Origin: Oscillospiraceae bacterium | GTDB taxonomy: Bacteria > Bacillota > Clostridia > Oscillospirales > Ruminococcaceae | Direction: 5' to 3' | Length of the DNA: 64,000 nucleotides | Assembly: GCA_045606725.1 (NCBI GenBank) | Contig: JAZUSM010000119.1 | Coordinates: forward strand, 41,491-105,490 | Shown: positions 62,881-64,000 of the stretch, in pieces | Layout: each line of letters begins with the position of its first letter | Numbering within the stretch: position 1 is the stretch's first letter | Notes under the pieces: generated by a model | Database searches by the model: none | What the model saw: the letters and a program-made list of their open reading frames with translations, nothing else | What the model was told of the DNA's origin: nothing | Translations under genes and position numbers: made by a program

Positions 62881-62920
62881 TCAAGGGATTGCTGTATAAT
62901 ACAGCAATCCCTTGATTTTA
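62881..62920 (+). terminator. Rho-independent terminator after the BceB-like gene
   Basis: TCAAGGGATTGCTGT-ataat-ACAGCAATCCCTTGA followed by TTTTA. Confidence 0.8.
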
Positions 62921-63046
62921 TGAGCATTATTTCAAATCATTCAGAAAAACAGTTACAGCTGAAATCGGAATTTTCGTTTCTGTATATCCTGACATATTTT
63001 CTGATATGCGAGATTGTGTACATTCTTAAACCGGATACAACGGATT

Positions 63047-63865
63047 TTATAATGATTTGATTTTCTGGTATTCCCCGGGAGAAATGCCCTCATACTTTTT
63101 GAACACCGTACAGAAATATCCGGAATTTGAATAGCCGACCGCTTCTGCTACATTTCTGACAGAGATTGTGTCCATAACAAGAAGCCTTTTTGCCATCTGT
63201 ATACGCTTTTTATTTATATATTCGAGCGGACGCACTCCAAGGCTGTTTTTGAATACTCTGCAAAGATACTGCGGTGTAACTTTCATTATGCTGCACAGGT
63301 CTGTAAGCTCTATAACCTTCATATAGTTGTCATTAATATATTCAAGCACAGGCTTAAGAATATCATCTTCGGAGGTTTCAGCTTTCTGCAAAACCAATAC
63401 ATATTTATGAAACTGCATTATAAGCTCATAAACTGCTGCTGAAGCAATATATCCTCCGTATTCACGGTCTGATTTTACTGCAAATATAATTTTCCTGAAA
63501 ACCTCATCAAGAGCCTTGGTATCTACCATATATGCACCGCCGTTATCATATCCCAGCTGACGCATTATCAGCTCAGAAGCATATCCGTCAAAGGCTATGT
63601 AATGAGTAAACCATTTTCCATTTCCGACAGCCTTATATTCATGCGGAACTTTCGGAGGAAGATAAAATGCCATATTCTCTGCTATTGTGTATTCTTTGCC
63701 GTTGATTGACAGATATCCTTTTCCCTCGGTACAGAAAATGATTTGCGAACAATGAAAACCTCTCGGACGCATAACATGCGGCTGATATTCATTTTCACCT
63801 ATGTAGGAAAGATACACAGGAAGATTTTTTTCTTCACCTATTGTAAGCAGGTAATTCTGTTCCAT
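63047..63865 (-). CDS. AraC-family transcriptional regulator (cupin-like N-terminal domain plus HTH)
   Basis: Track start TTG 63868 abuts the SD GAGGTG, whereas ATG 63865 has 5-nt spacing. C-terminal HTH: VTPQYLCRVFKNSLGVRPLEY...YSNSGYFCTVFKKYEGISPGEYQ. Confidence 0.85.
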   Translation of the reverse strand: MEQNYLLTIGEEKNLPVYLSYIGENEYQPHVMRPRGFHCSQIIFCTEGKGYLSINGKEYTIAENMAFYLPPKVPHEYKAVGNGKWFTHYIAFDGYASELIMRQLGYDNGGAYMVDTKALDEVFRKIIFAVKSDREYGGYIASAAVYELIMQFHKYVLVLQKAETSEDDILKPVLEYINDNYMKVIELTDLCSIMKVTPQYLCRVFKNSLGVRPLEYINKKRIQMAKRLLVMDTISVRNVAEAVGYSNSGYFCTVFKKYEGISPGEYQKIKSL

Positions 63866-64000
63866 CAACTCACCTCATTCATGCATTATATTATTTAGTA
63901 TAGCTTATTTTCGGTTGCTTGTAAATAAAAATATTGAAACATATTTTAAAATATTAAACTTGCTTAAAATAAACCAACTTCGTATTATAGGCTGTTTTAT

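Noticed and set aside
1-64000. Search for rRNA, tRNA, CRISPR arrays, transposases, integrases, prophage genes and long exact DNA repeats.
   Set aside because: None was seen. All intergenic regions are at most 550 bp and are accounted for by promoters and terminators. The only repeats are coding ones (LRR units, flagellin modules).

Overview
This is a 64-kb chromosomal segment from a low-to-moderate GC Firmicute. Gene content suggests a fibrolytic gut or rumen Clostridia (Oscillospiraceae/Ruminococcaceae-like), but that is inference only. I support about 49 intact protein genes and saw no rRNA, tRNA, CRISPR array, transposase or integrase. Contents in order: a truncated Fe-alcohol dehydrogenase with a MarR regulator; a fused MacB-type ABC exporter; an apparently single 8-gene unit (ABC-2 exporter, lipoprotein, methyltransferase, anchored protein, MoxR ATPase, DUF58); DUF4364 and a membrane protein; a shikimate operon (aroF-aroB-aroA-aroC); an internalin-like LRR lipoprotein; a second MoxR-DUF58-transglutaminase operon (YeaC/YeaD/YebA-like); three GH5 glucanases and a GH16, three of the four being lipoproteins; a carboxynorspermidine-dehydrogenase-like gene; a P-type Ca-ATPase; a 1692-aa giant flagellin; two c-di-GMP phosphodiesterase genes; an aldo-keto reductase; a sugar-ABC locus with two uncharacterised hydrolase-like proteins and a LacI regulator; a Na/Pi-PhoU transporter next to a truncated KdpD-like two-component system; a CaCA antiporter; a complete Bce-type peptide-antibiotic resistance module; and AraC regulators. 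Several ORF-track starts are over-extended and were trimmed using Shine-Dalgarno spacing and promoter positions. The most interesting items are: (1) the orphan giant flagellin, built from about 11 divergent modules and preceded by a textbook sigma-28 promoter, with no other flagellar gene in the window and two c-di-GMP phosphodiesterase genes upstream, beyond an intervening GH5 gene; (2) an EAL phosphodiesterase fused to a cytoplasmic beta-solenoid-like repeat domain; (3) the 8-gene ABC-2/MoxR/DUF58 unit bounded by one consensus promoter and flanking terminators; (4) a sugar-utilisation locus built around two unassigned hydrolase-like proteins. All family calls come from motif recognition by eye. 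No database search was run.
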